Notes: generated by a model from the sequence alone, not told the origin. DNA of 64,000 nucleotides from Candidatus Fimenecus sp. (GCA_045545735.1 JAZQBM010000007.1:112295-176294), one strand, 5' to 3'. Counted from the stretch's first letter, positions 10,501 through 18,030 are shown. Translations and numbers: made by a program.

Positions 10501-12844
10501 TTATGTTCTTGACGAAAACGGTGAATGGACAGATGTTCAGATTGCTGTTTCTGCAATTGATACTTCAAGTACATCTTTTGCTGCGGGCCTTTGTTCAATT
10601 GCTTCTGCGGGAACACCTCTTGAAGGTTATAAAGGATTTATCCGTATTCCACTTTCAATGTTCCGTATTCCAAAGCGTGACGGTTTAGAAGAAAACTATT
10701 TAATCCTTGAAAACAACCTTAATAATTATACAATTGCACAGGCAAAAGTTTCTTTCTGGGATTATGATACAGAAGATAAGAATATCGGTACAGAAATAAA
10801 CATTGACGCTATGGGCTTTACTTATGACCCTAACTGCGCAACCCGTATTCTTACAACAAGAGATGCAATCTTAAACCAGCTTAATAGCGACAATGGTCTT
10901 TCAACAACTGCAGGTACTAACATCAAGAATATGGACGAATATTTTGGTGTTAAGACAAACGACTCAGTTAATTTTGAAAAAATGGTTGCTGAACTTGACC
11001 CATATGAAGGCAAAGACGCTTTTGTAACTGCATACAATAATGCTAAAACAGCATATGATAAACTTTCCTTCTATCAAAAAGGTCTTGACGAAATTAAACA
11101 TAGTTATGATGATATTCTCATAGGAAAATATCGTGCTTTGGCTGATAATAATGGTGCAAATTACGAAACATTAATGGCTCAAGAGCCATGGGTTGCAAAA
11201 TATGCAACAGCAAGTGAGTTGTTGACAGACCTTAATGCACTTGATTCAAAAGCAACAAGTTTTGATATAACAAAAGACGAAAATGCACTCACAAAGCCTT
11301 ATAATACTGAAGATGGTACGATTACTTATACTGATTTAGGTATTGCAGATAAGGCGGCGGCAGAAGCTATAGTTGAAATGTATGAAAAAGGCTATCGCAG
11401 ATTGAGTGGTACTGAAAAAACAAATCTTTCGGCAGACGACCTTACAAAACTTGAGAATGCATATGCGGCAGCAAAACGATTACTTCTTCTTGAAGACTAT
11501 ATTACAGATATGAATAGTTTCAAGAATGAAATCATTCAGATTTATACTGTAGGAACTGCTGAACCGGACGTTAGAATGGTTTCTTATGCAAATCCTGACT
11601 TGCTTGAAGCTATTGACCATTACGAAGATATGAGCGTTTTCGCAAAGCAAATGCTCAGCACAACTAAGGATACAGCAAATGCTGGTTATCCTAATATGTA
11701 TGCAGCGGCTGAAGCAATCTACGATAACTCTCATACAATTACAATGTCAATTGGCACAGCAATTGATGGTGGTGTTCTCGTATTTGAAGAAAGAATGCAT
11801 ACTTGTGCAACAGATGTAGCAGAGAAAATTAGAACAAGAACAGTTCTTGATGATGCAACACTCAATGAAATTGAGTATTGTTTAGGTCAAACAGAAAGTT
11901 TCTTGCAGAGATATGCTCAGGTTGACGAAATCAACGTTGCATACCACGAACTTGCTGATTTACTTCCTGTTGCAGACATTGCATCAGTTGACAGTTCAAA
12001 TGCAGAACTCACAAAGATTACACTCAATAATGATTCAGCGGAAACAATGAAATGTACCGCGTACATTGATTTGAGTTATATCGCAACAAGACTTAACAGA
12101 AGCGTTGACCTTTATGCACAGTCAAGCCTTAAATGGACTCAGACAGGTGGTTCAACATACAACGCTTTTGAAGATTTGATGTATAACAGTGCTACGGCTG
12201 AAAGTCTTGCAGACTATCAAAATGCAGACGGAATAGTTACAGCCTTGGTTGGTTCTTATACTAACGGAAATTCAGCAAGTCTTGAAAAATATCCGTATGA
12301 AATCAGCGTTGATGCAACTGAGGCTGCAAAAGTGCCGACAGGTGCAACTTACACAGGCAAGGTTACATTCTATGCAGTTGATTCTGCTCTTGTTGCGGAA
12401 AAAACTGCTGATGGTACAGATGTTTCAACAGTACTTGCGGATGCAGAGAATGTTCTTGAAGTAATAGAAGTTGATGTTGAGTTCCAGTCAACAAACGGAA
12501 CAGACCCAATCATTTATGAGGTTGAAATCCCTGCAAAAGTCCAGGTTGCTTGGGATACTACCGATGCAGTAGATGTTTCATATTCAGTTGAAGCAACTCT
12601 TGGTAGCAACACACTTTCAGTAGGTGTAAGTGGAACTGATAAACTTATCAATGATGATACAAGAGTTACTTACGAATTAGCTTACTCAAAGGCTAATTTT
12701 GTCACGGAAACATTTACAGGCGACGTAGCAACTGGAACAAAACCAACCAATGCACCAAGCATTACAATTAAAGATTGGGATAGCGTTCCGGTTGGCGTAT
12801 ATAGTACACAGTTGACTTATACAGTCGACGTAACAAGTTCTTAA
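7502..12844 (+). CDS. Giant secreted protein (1780 aa), unknown function; C-terminal about 130 aa homologous to the downstream small paralogues
   Basis: Uninterrupted 5.3-kb ORF with RBS GGAAGAAGAG and signal peptide MKKKLSSKKCIALILAVVMIITSVPLMMVGA. Contains an internally duplicated module (motifs YVDFS.V and L.GY.GFIRIP at two places). Confidence 0.85.
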   Translation: MKKKLSSKKCIALILAVVMIITSVPLMMVGAVTIGAYDPAPYWGDDPTDKYGAINTNFVATLNTDGSVDISFPNANAQKTYNGSADKTIDKYVFTLTKLQEDGTRKEIYSEVFTAAQVATGTEGAKYPNNIYYGPGGLESLPDYDVQSTYDVAIMAIDSDGWFSDKIHTLLTDTPYYDISADFSPNETWVAREMLLFEGAGSADINAEDQGSSTTADIDYKIYSGSALDTNGAFAETGYEKSQSYRFWINSAYDGTPYSVQTTWSRSHYNFENAEEAWFYVDFSRVDFAQVAFSLTANEKRFVHWKSGSEDKTWSRYGDLFSTKSVAGVNTGVKGDIYIQNADGLWEETTMTDGYLTDLAGYEGFIRIPIEYFVLQTDQYINARNTVSTDWDKNETGLTNYANSLLFRQDSSSGIILELEDGTQRTSTAVTMTFDINDSTENKDVYQVLVNPKGTPVTDALIIYDRFEKFQTGALFWEEEYTRGTGKQLHTGTTVTETANADGKITYKINDGIKAIEDLCSAGIEVANWSADSVTKSFYIDQVMFCQWAEGATFNDDGSVATTSSVKFPDEGGDFAGDLGKKIAGYYDRTVEVPKAVANYITEYVGKTPSLDDVNALEMINEIILTYRQCFPTVLSTDNDTATLEKAITYLNTLGYTDAYNRYVAAKTFIETYINLGDTARNYNAVIAFESGVELLPDPEFANYNDEELKAELEQLMALYKSFNLSHFEILGAEAENKFTELYSIMMGEEVKTGYSIGGYPYIPFNDFEKNISGYNANYSLGQLSLQYYDDSPRVGNKDLRPTDVNNTKNLVTYVTPDIIPQSGQNWIGNAKAVGWSVADYRATADNLLSDSNEIFDTSDYFGRMDAEISNSGFAGSQGVQINLDGDITTLDADDNPKFATVSTTYKGQNVNTWTELQGLNLAALQLTDTYADGTTAKDNERYGTTSTGEQVTPNSFVMYVDFSEVTNIAMNIKFILNNGSGTDVNCYFCGGSETATPTIYVLDENGEWTDVQIAVSAIDTSSTSFAAGLCSIASAGTPLEGYKGFIRIPLSMFRIPKRDGLEENYLILENNLNNYTIAQAKVSFWDYDTEDKNIGTEINIDAMGFTYDPNCATRILTTRDAILNQLNSDNGLSTTAGTNIKNMDEYFGVKTNDSVNFEKMVAELDPYEGKDAFVTAYNNAKTAYDKLSFYQKGLDEIKHSYDDILIGKYRALADNNGANYETLMAQEPWVAKYATASELLTDLNALDSKATSFDITKDENALTKPYNTEDGTITYTDLGIADKAAAEAIVEMYEKGYRRLSGTEKTNLSADDLTKLENAYAAAKRLLLLEDYITDMNSFKNEIIQIYTVGTAEPDVRMVSYANPDLLEAIDHYEDMSVFAKQMLSTTKDTANAGYPNMYAAAEAIYDNSHTITMSIGTAIDGGVLVFEERMHTCATDVAEKIRTRTVLDDATLNEIEYCLGQTESFLQRYAQVDEINVAYHELADLLPVADIASVDSSNAELTKITLNNDSAETMKCTAYIDLSYIATRLNRSVDLYAQSSLKWTQTGGSTYNAFEDLMYNSATAESLADYQNADGIVTALVGSYTNGNSASLEKYPYEISVDATEAAKVPTGATYTGKVTFYAVDSALVAEKTADGTDVSTVLADAENVLEVIEVDVEFQSTNGTDPIIYEVEIPAKVQVAWDTTDAVDVSYSVEATLGSNTLSVGVSGTDKLINDDTRVTYELAYSKANFVTETFTGDVATGTKPTNAPSITIKDWDSVPVGVYSTQLTYTVDVTSS

Positions 12845-12864
12845 TAAGGGAAGGAGATGGTTAA

Positions 12865-13314
12865 ATGAAAAAAATCTTTTCGGCAGGCTTGGCAGTTGTA
12901 ATGTTTATTCTTTGCATTACACCCGTATTCGCTGAAAGTCAGTCAATGGAAATTTCCACAAAGGCTGACAGAGCAGAATACGAATTGTCTTACCCTGCAG
13001 ACATTGAAATTCCATGGCAGACAACAGCTATGGGAATCGGTGAAGTAAAAGCTGAAAAAATGCTTATTGAACCGGGTAAAATGGTAGCGGTTTCAATTTC
13101 TTCACATAACGATTTTAACTTGGTAAACGAAGCAGACAGCACAAAAGCTATTGCATACAGTTTATTAAGTGAAGACATCTCTTTCTTCCCTGGTGATTAC
13201 GGTGAAAGCTTCACTCTATCAGTAGAGGTTGAAGATAATGAATGGCTTCACGCCGCAAGCGGTAAACACAGTGATATTTTAACATTCACTGCTGAATACA
13301 CTGACGCGGTTTAA
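12865..13314 (+). CDS. Small secreted paralogue 1 (most divergent)
   Basis: Signal peptide ...ITPVFA/E. Shares YELSYPADIEIPW ... HSDILTFTAEY with the family. Confidence 0.8.
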   Translation: MKKIFSAGLAVVMFILCITPVFAESQSMEISTKADRAEYELSYPADIEIPWQTTAMGIGEVKAEKMLIEPGKMVAVSISSHNDFNLVNEADSTKAIAYSLLSEDISFFPGDYGESFTLSVEVEDNEWLHAASGKHSDILTFTAEYTDAV

Positions 13315-13352
13315 ATAGTATTTTTAATCTTTATATAAAGGAGAAAACAAGC

Positions 13353-13856
13353 ATGAAAAAGATTTTATCACTTGCAATGGCACTTGTTATGATAATGGCT
13401 GTTATGGTTCCTGCTTTTGCAGTAGAACTTAATGCAAATCCTGATAGTGCTGATGTAATTATCAACACAGACACATTAAAAGATACTGACGGCGACGGTA
13501 AGGGCGACACAGATGCAGAAGAATACACAGTTACAATTCCTGCAGATACAACAATCCCTTGGGGCCAGGAAACAACCGACGTTTCTTATAAAGTTGAATC
13601 TCACCTCAAGAGAAACGGTAATGTTGTAGTTATGGTTACAGGTGCCGGAGTTATGAAAACAACTGACGGTGCTTACGAAATTCCTTACACACTTACGGGT
13701 GAGGGCGTAGCATTCAGAGCAGAGGGTGTTCCTACAATTTACCCTGCAGCAACAAAAGCAGTTACAGTTACAATTTCTGCAGATGATTGGAATTCAGCAG
13801 TTGTTGAAGAATATAAAGATATTCTCACATATACAGCAGAAATTGAAAGAGCATGA
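13353..13856 (+). CDS. Small secreted paralogue 2
   Basis: Signal peptide MKKILSLAMALVMIMAVMVPAFA. Family motifs YTVTIPADTTIPW and EYKDILTYTAE. Confidence 0.85.
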   Translation: MKKILSLAMALVMIMAVMVPAFAVELNANPDSADVIINTDTLKDTDGDGKGDTDAEEYTVTIPADTTIPWGQETTDVSYKVESHLKRNGNVVVMVTGAGVMKTTDGAYEIPYTLTGEGVAFRAEGVPTIYPAATKAVTVTISADDWNSAVVEEYKDILTYTAEIERA

Positions 13857-13896
13857 GCTTAATTTATAAATTATTCTGAAAAGGAGACATATAATT

Positions 13897-14382
13897 ATGA
13901 AAAAAGTTATTTCTTTAGTAATGGCACTCGTTATGACGATGGCTGTTATGGTTCCTGCTTTTGCGGCTGAACTTAATGCGGCAACACCATCAGGTGAAGT
14001 AATCGTTAAAACAAGCACAGAACTTGAAGGTGGCGGAAGTGCTGAACGTTATGTGGTTACTATTCCGGCTAGTCCAACAACAATGGCTTGGGGTACAGCT
14101 TCAAAAGACCTTGTTTATTCAGTTGAATCACATCTTGCTTGGGGCAAGGCAGTTTCAGTTTCAGTTTCAGGTAACGGCATTATGACATACAAGCCTGACG
14201 CAAATAATACACTTGAACTTGTATACAAACTTGGTGGCGAAACAGCATTTACAGCTGACACTCCTACAATCTATCCTGCAGCAGATAAAACAATTACAGT
14301 TGCAGTTTCAGCAGACGCATGGAATGGTGCAGTAATCGGTGAGTATTCAGATACTCTTACATTTACAGCAAGCGTTGCTTAA
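13897..14382 (+). CDS. Small secreted paralogue 3
   Basis: Signal peptide MKKVISLVMALVMTMAVMVPAFA. Family motifs YVVTIPASPTTMAW and EYSDTLTFTASVA. Confidence 0.85.
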   Translation: MKKVISLVMALVMTMAVMVPAFAAELNAATPSGEVIVKTSTELEGGGSAERYVVTIPASPTTMAWGTASKDLVYSVESHLAWGKAVSVSVSGNGIMTYKPDANNTLELVYKLGGETAFTADTPTIYPAADKTITVAVSADAWNGAVIGEYSDTLTFTASVA

Positions 14383-14410
14383 TTTGATTACGAAATAAGG
14401 AGAATAAATT

Positions 14411-14890
14411 ATGAAAAAGATTTTATCACTTGCTTTGGCACTTGTTATGATGATGGCAATCTGCGTTCCTGCATTTGCAGGTACACTTGATGCATCAACA
14501 CCATCAAGCGACGTTCCGATAAAAACAGATATTAGTTCAATTACAACTGATGGTACTTATTCAGTTACAATCCCTGCAACAATGGATATCAAATGGAATG
14601 CAACAAAAACAGATTTTAACTACTCAGTAACAAGCCACCTTAAAGCAGGCAAAGCAGTAAATGTTACAGTTGCACAGAAAAACGCAGCAATGGTTGCAGC
14701 TGATGCAAATAATACTAGTACTATTGAATATTCACTTACAGGTACACTTAACGCAACAACAAAGAATCCTGTAGTTACAAACGCAGGTTTTGACTTCTCA
14801 GTTATAATTGACCAGTCAGAATTCGATGAAGCAGCAATTGCTGAGTATTCAGACAAAGTTACATTTACAGCAACAGTTGTAAATGCATAA
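14411..14890 (+). CDS. Small secreted paralogue 4
   Basis: Signal peptide MKKILSLALALVMMMAICVPAFA. Family motifs YSVTIPATMDIKW and EYSDKVTFTATV. Confidence 0.85.
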   Translation: MKKILSLALALVMMMAICVPAFAGTLDASTPSSDVPIKTDISSITTDGTYSVTIPATMDIKWNATKTDFNYSVTSHLKAGKAVNVTVAQKNAAMVAADANNTSTIEYSLTGTLNATTKNPVVTNAGFDFSVIIDQSEFDEAAIAEYSDKVTFTATVVNA

Positions 14891-14908
14891 GAAAGGGAGT
14901 ATTAAATA

Positions 14909-15388
14909 ATGAAAAAAGTTATTTCTATTGTTCTTGCACTTGTAATGATGATGGTAATTTGCGTTCCCGCATTTGCAGGTGAAATTAAAGAAACAGGTGC
15001 ACAATCAGGCACATCAACAGTTAAAACAGATACAAGCACAATGGGTTCAGGTACTTACACAGTAACTTACCCTGCTGAAATTTCTATTCCTTGGAATCAG
15101 ACAAAAAATGAAACTTACACAGTTTCAACACAGTTGCTCGTAGGTAAGCAGGTAACAGTTGCTGTTGCAGACGCAACAACTACAACTCACACAGGTGCTA
15201 TGACAGCTACTGGTACAACAGATACACTTGAATACACAGTTTCAGGTGATACAACTGTTGTTTACACAGGTGCCATGAATGAAACAGAAACACTTACATT
15301 TACAGTTACTGACTGGAACAAGACAATTGCTGAATATACAGGTACTGTTACATTTACAGCAACACTTGCTGATGTTACAACAGTATAA
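14909..15388 (+). CDS. Small secreted paralogue 5
   Basis: Signal peptide MKKVISIVLALVMMMVICVPAFA. Family motifs YTVTYPAEISIPW and EYTGTVTFTATL. Confidence 0.85.
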   Translation: MKKVISIVLALVMMMVICVPAFAGEIKETGAQSGTSTVKTDTSTMGSGTYTVTYPAEISIPWNQTKNETYTVSTQLLVGKQVTVAVADATTTTHTGAMTATGTTDTLEYTVSGDTTVVYTGAMNETETLTFTVTDWNKTIAEYTGTVTFTATLADVTTV

Positions 15389-15407
15389 TTTAAAGGGGTA
15401 ATTTACA

Positions 15408-15914
15408 ATGAAAAAGATTATTTCTATCGCACTTGCTCTTGTTATGATGATGGCAATTTGCGTTCCTGCATTTGCAGAAGTAGTAAATACTGATGGGGTA
15501 GCAGGTAATACAACAAATGTTGAAACATCATACACAGAAGCAACTGACACATCATACACAGTTACAATCCCTGCAACAATTTCAATTCCTTGGGGCAATA
15601 CAAACCCACAGAATGCAACATATACAGTTAAATCTCAACTTCTTATTGGTGCAAAACTTAATGTTTCAGCAACAGCAAATAACAATGGTACAATGACAGC
15701 TACAGGCACAAACGACGAACTTGAATTTACAGTTACAGGTGGAGATGTAGTAACATTTGATGCAGTTAATGTTGCAACAACAACAGCACCTGGTGTAACA
15801 GACGGCGAAAACGTAAAGGTTGCTATCTCTTCTTTTGACGGTAAAGCTGTTGGCGAATACACAGGTACAATCACATACACAGTTGAGTATGTTGCACCTA
15901 CAACTACTCCGTAA
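15408..15914 (+). CDS. Small secreted paralogue 6
   Basis: Signal peptide MKKIISIALALVMMMAICVPAFA. Family motifs YTVTIPATISIPW and EYTGTITYTVEY. Confidence 0.85.
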   Translation: MKKIISIALALVMMMAICVPAFAEVVNTDGVAGNTTNVETSYTEATDTSYTVTIPATISIPWGNTNPQNATYTVKSQLLIGAKLNVSATANNNGTMTATGTNDELEFTVTGGDVVTFDAVNVATTTAPGVTDGENVKVAISSFDGKAVGEYTGTITYTVEYVAPTTTP

Positions 15915-15951
15915 TTATTTATTTTCGAAATAGTTAAGGAGGTGGATTTCA

Positions 15952-17952
15952 TTGAAAAAAGCAATTAGTATCATTGTGGCTTTAGCTATGGTGCTTGTTA
16001 TGGCAGTGCCTTCGTTTGCCGGAAACACTGTTATTTCAACATCAGTGCCTTATGAGCATTCAGTTACCGTTACTTATAATGACGGCGGTTATGTGCTTGT
16101 AAATGGTAAGCTTTGCCCTGACGGTACACAATTTAATATCAACAGATTTGGTGAAATCGACCTTGGCGTAATTTACGAAAACGGCTATCACCTTGAAAGC
16201 GTTGAAGTAAATGGCGTTGACGTTACAGAACAATTTGTCAGTGGCAATCTTAAAATTGCAAATATTATTGATGACGTCTTTGTTGAAGTTACTTTTGAAA
16301 AATGTTCTTCTGACCCTGACGATAAGTGCGGCAAGGTTGATATGGAAGGTACAGTTTATCTTGGCGACAAAGAACTCGTTGGTGCTGAGCTCAGTTTTGA
16401 TTTTGGTAGTGTAACGGCAGAAACTGATAAAGACGGCAGATATTTTGTTGAAGATATTTTTGACGGAAAACATATTGTTACGATTTCAAAGGATGGCGAA
16501 GTTCTTTCTAATACATCTTTTGTTATTGAAAGAGCAGATGTTAAAGAGGTAACTCTTACAACAGCACCTGACGGAACACAGGTTGTACTTGTTCCTGTTG
16601 ATGCAGAAAAGATTTATCTTGATTTTAACATTGCTGATAACGATAAAAATGGAATTCCGGATAAAGACCCTGATGATACAGACCCTGGTGACCCTGATGT
16701 TCCTGAATTTAAAGACCCTGATGGTGACCCCGACATCCCAAATCCGAACGTAACTCCGGACCCTGATGATGACGGTGACGGAATTCTTGATAAGGATGAC
16801 CCTGACCACCCAAATCGTGATACAGATGACGACGGTTTACCGGACGCAATTGACCCTGATGACGATAACGACGGCCTTGATGACGACGAGGATTCAGATG
16901 ACGACGGCGACGGAATCCCTGACAAAGATGACCCAAATCATCCTGACCGCGACACAGATGGTGATGGTGTTCCTGACAGACGTGACCCTGACGATGATGA
17001 CGACGGTATTCTTGATACAGACGATACTGACGACGACAACGACGGCACTCCTGATAAGGACGACCCTGACCACCCTGACCGCGACACAGACGGTGACGGT
17101 ATTCCGGACAGCGTTGACGATGATGATGACAACGATGGTCTTCCTGACGGAAACGAGGATTTAAACAATATTCCTGACCCTGATGATGACGGCGACGGTA
17201 TTCCCGATAAAGATGACACTGACCATCCTGACCGCGACACAGACGATGACGGCGTTCCCGACAGAGTCGATGATGATGACGATAATGATGGTGTAAAGGA
17301 TGACGACGATTCAGATGATGATAACGACGGCACTCCTGACAAGGACGACCCGGACCACCCTGACCGCGATACAGATGGTGACGGTAAACCTGACAGAATC
17401 GACGACGATGACGACAATGACGGCATTGATGACGATAGGGACTCAGATGACGACGACGATGGAATTCCTGATGTAAATGACCCCGATAGTCCTGAACGCG
17501 ACACGGATGGTGACGGTACACCTGATAGCGAAGACGATGATGACGACAACGACGGTCTTCCTGACGGACCACTTTATGATGGTGACGAGGATGATGACGG
17601 CGATGATGATAAAAAGGATACAGACGGCGACGGTATTCTTGATAAGGATGACGACGATGACGATAATGATGGTATCCCTGATTCAAAAGACCCGGATTCA
17701 GATGGTGACGGACATATTGATGATTATGACGGAACACCTGACGGTGACGATGACAACGATGGCGTTATAATCACAATCGGCGGACCTAAAAAGGATGTTC
17801 CTATCATTCCTATTCCCGATACTTTCGTAGAGTTCTTTGAGAATCCGATTATAATAGGTTCCTTAATGGGATTAAGCTTGTTCTTCCTTATCCTTATTAT
17901 CTTCAAACGCAAAAAGGATGAAGAAGACGAACGCGAAATCATTGTTGAATAA
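15952..17952 (+). CDS. Membrane-anchored surface protein with thrombospondin-type-3-like Asp-rich calcium-binding repeats
   Basis: TTG start after AAGGAGGTGG and a family-like signal peptide MKKAISIIVALAMVLVMAVPSFA. Two N-terminal beta domains, the second resembling a carboxypeptidase-regulatory-like domain (DKDGRYFVEDIFDGKHIVTISKDGEV). About 380 aa of DxDxDGxxD repeats. C-terminal TM segment IIIGSLMGLSLFFLILIIF followed by KRKKDEEDE. Confidence 0.85.
   Translation: MKKAISIIVALAMVLVMAVPSFAGNTVISTSVPYEHSVTVTYNDGGYVLVNGKLCPDGTQFNINRFGEIDLGVIYENGYHLESVEVNGVDVTEQFVSGNLKIANIIDDVFVEVTFEKCSSDPDDKCGKVDMEGTVYLGDKELVGAELSFDFGSVTAETDKDGRYFVEDIFDGKHIVTISKDGEVLSNTSFVIERADVKEVTLTTAPDGTQVVLVPVDAEKIYLDFNIADNDKNGIPDKDPDDTDPGDPDVPEFKDPDGDPDIPNPNVTPDPDDDGDGILDKDDPDHPNRDTDDDGLPDAIDPDDDNDGLDDDEDSDDDGDGIPDKDDPNHPDRDTDGDGVPDRRDPDDDDDGILDTDDTDDDNDGTPDKDDPDHPDRDTDGDGIPDSVDDDDDNDGLPDGNEDLNNIPDPDDDGDGIPDKDDTDHPDRDTDDDGVPDRVDDDDDNDGVKDDDDSDDDNDGTPDKDDPDHPDRDTDGDGKPDRIDDDDDNDGIDDDRDSDDDDDGIPDVNDPDSPERDTDGDGTPDSEDDDDDNDGLPDGPLYDGDEDDDGDDDKKDTDGDGILDKDDDDDDNDGIPDSKDPDSDGDGHIDDYDGTPDGDDDNDGVIITIGGPKKDVPIIPIPDTFVEFFENPIIIGSLMGLSLFFLILIIFKRKKDEEDEREIIVE
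16630..17765 (+). repeat. Coding tandem repeats (super-repeat about 130-150 nt, six copies containing HP[DN]RDTD[GD]DG)
   Basis: Near-identical blocks such as gaccaccctgaccgcgacacagacggtgacgg recur at about 16936, 17068, 17221 and 17354. GAY-rich codons generate long spurious antisense ORFs. Confidence 0.9.
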
Positions 17953-17969
17953 AGATTTGACCAAAATTA

Positions 17970-17996
17970 AAAGCCACTCAATCGAGTGGCTTTTTT
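17970..17996 (+). terminator. Rho-independent terminator of the surface operon
   Basis: aaagccactc-aatc-gagtggcttt plus TTTT. Confidence 0.85.
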
Positions 17997-18030
17997 ATGT
18001 GTTTTTGTGTGGCAAATTGGAGTTTGTTTA

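Noticed and set aside
16709-17737. 342-aa His/Arg/Gln-rich ORF, plus the Ser-rich ORFs 16614-16925 and 16938-17549, on the - strand.
   Set aside because: They lie entirely antisense to the GAY/GGY-rich Asp repeat region. Their low-complexity translations are the mirror image of the repeats, they have no RBS, and the + strand gene has a clear signal peptide, domains and TM anchor.
6641-17952. Interpretation of the surface operon as a sortase-dependent pilus, S-layer, cellulosome component or type IV pilus locus.
   Set aside because: There is no sortase gene, LPXTG, pilin motif or E-box, and there are no SLH repeats. The Asp-rich repeats lack the paired hydrophobic pattern of dockerins. There is no prepilin G/FTLxE leader, secretion ATPase or platform protein.
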